From the NCBI GenBank assembly GCA_951406725.2, contig OX597814.1, positions 123,442,001-123,506,000 of the forward strand: a DNA stretch of 64,000 nucleotides. Reading direction: 5' to 3'. Of the stretch, positions 62,608 to 64,000 are shown piece after piece. The position numbers were made by a program, and so were the translations under genes. The stretch comes from Octopus vulgaris (lineage: Eukaryota). The notes under the pieces are model-generated. The model did no database searches and had not been told where the DNA came from. It worked only from the letters and a program-made list of their open reading frames with translations. The first letter of the stretch is position 1. Each line of letters opens with the position of its first letter.

Positions 62608-64000
62608 CATATATAACACTGTTGCCAGTATTAGAGGTAACATTTTAATCCCCAATTAATCTCATAATACACACACACACAGACAACTGATGTGGAATTA
62701 GGACAACAGTGTTTTCATGTGAAAATATTAATTAGGAAACACATTTTCTCTCATGGAACAACCTCATTTATTTTTCAACTATATACTTCACTCTGTGAAG
62801 TGGATGTCATTAAGTAAAAATCATGCCAAAACAGACAGTGGAGCTAGACACGGACCTCTGGTTCACTAGCTCTTGTTAAACTGTCCAACCCATGCCAGCA
62901 TGGAAGACATGTTGAATGATGATGACGATGGTGATGACGATGGTGATGATGATGATACCATTACACCAAACACCATTTAAACCAGGTGTACTTATGTCTC
63001 TTTCTTCCTGTAGTCATTACCCCCCTCCCCACTGTTCCCCTTTAGAAAAATATTCCATTGATCATTGAAGCTATGATTAAAGGTATTCCAGATATTCTGC
63101 CAATGTCCATCCAGTCTTTTTAAGGATTATGACAGGGTCTACATTATCTATGTGTCATTTCCTAATTCAAGACACTGAGGGAGATTAGCCTGCTATTTCT
63201 ATCAGGTATATCAATTATACGGTGTTTCACTCTACAACATACTCTGGTTGTCTAACCACCGTTACTAACCATAACCTGAAACAACTGAGTAATATTGGTT
63301 TCCCCCTATATCCTACAGTCTAAAAAGGGACCATCAGACTGCTAACCTACAGCCTCACATAAATTACTGACAAAACTGAGAAGTTAGGACATTCATACAT
63401 TTCCTTAGTTTACTAATGCTACTCATATAGTTCACACTGGAAACTGTAATCAAGTAATGGATTTGAGGTACTAAACACCAAAACACTTCACTACAACACT
63501 TGTTACATGATCACTCAATCAGCTAGAAATAGCATCCAGATAATTCTCAAATCATATCCTATTCTTACAAAAAGAGAAGGATACAGTAGACAATGTAGTT
63601 TTGGATGTATAAAAATAAGATAGTGAAAGATGGAAACTCATATGATTGCATATCTGCTAAAAACAAAGCTGATTGTGCTCAAAAACTCTATCACCATTAA
63701 CCCTGAATTCAATACTGAGTGAAGTCATTGTCAACAACACAATGACTACAGCAGTATAAAGGGATAAAATATTCATAGTAGTAAGAAAGAATGCTATGGA
63801 AGGACTCAATGTCTATGCAGGAAGGGCAATAAATACAATAGTATGGAAGGACCCAAATGTCTACAACAGTATGGAAGGTCACAACATCTACAGCAGTGTT
63901 CAACAGTTTGAAGAATTAATCTGTTGGCTATTCCATGGCGGCAAGCTGGCAGAAACGTTAGCATGCCAGGCGAAGTGCTTAGCAGTATTTCGTCTGTCTT

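Noticed and set aside
55201-64000. Search for the SREBP bHLH-Zip and serine/proline-rich exons
   Set aside because: No matching open frame with splice sites was seen; the region is repeats and intron-like sequence, so those exons are presumed outside the window.

Overview
AT-rich, repeat-dense eukaryotic genomic DNA. The SINE and RTE-LINE families and the microsatellite load look like an octopus (coleoid cephalopod) genome; this is pattern recognition, not a database result. The one protein-coding gene I can support is SREBP (sterol regulatory element-binding protein) on the minus strand. I assembled 12 GT-AG exons by hand (55200 down to the TAA at 25742, about 690 codons, phases consistent throughout). 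They cover TM1 with the DRSR/NP site-2-protease motifs, the luminal RSLL site-1-protease site, TM2 and the whole C-terminal regulatory domain. The bHLH-Zip exons were not found and probably lie beyond position 64000. The third-from-last intron carries a miR-33 hairpin (37152-37210, minus) with a variant mature arm. A repeat-free stretch of about 3.4 kb after the stop codon is the likely 3' UTR. The rest is a mosaic of at least four tRNA-derived SINE families, many RTE-LINE 3' ends (one with a still-open RT frame containing a PHD finger), Tc1/mariner, hAT, Helitron, Gypsy, CR1-like and Penelope-like remnants. The most unusual signals are four hammerhead-ribozyme-like motifs, one inside a TSD-flanked, tRNA-headed SINE-like element with a Penelope-style inverted end, and several long fold-back structures in SREBP introns. 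Repeat boundaries are approximate; exon, miRNA and ribozyme coordinates were counted base by base.
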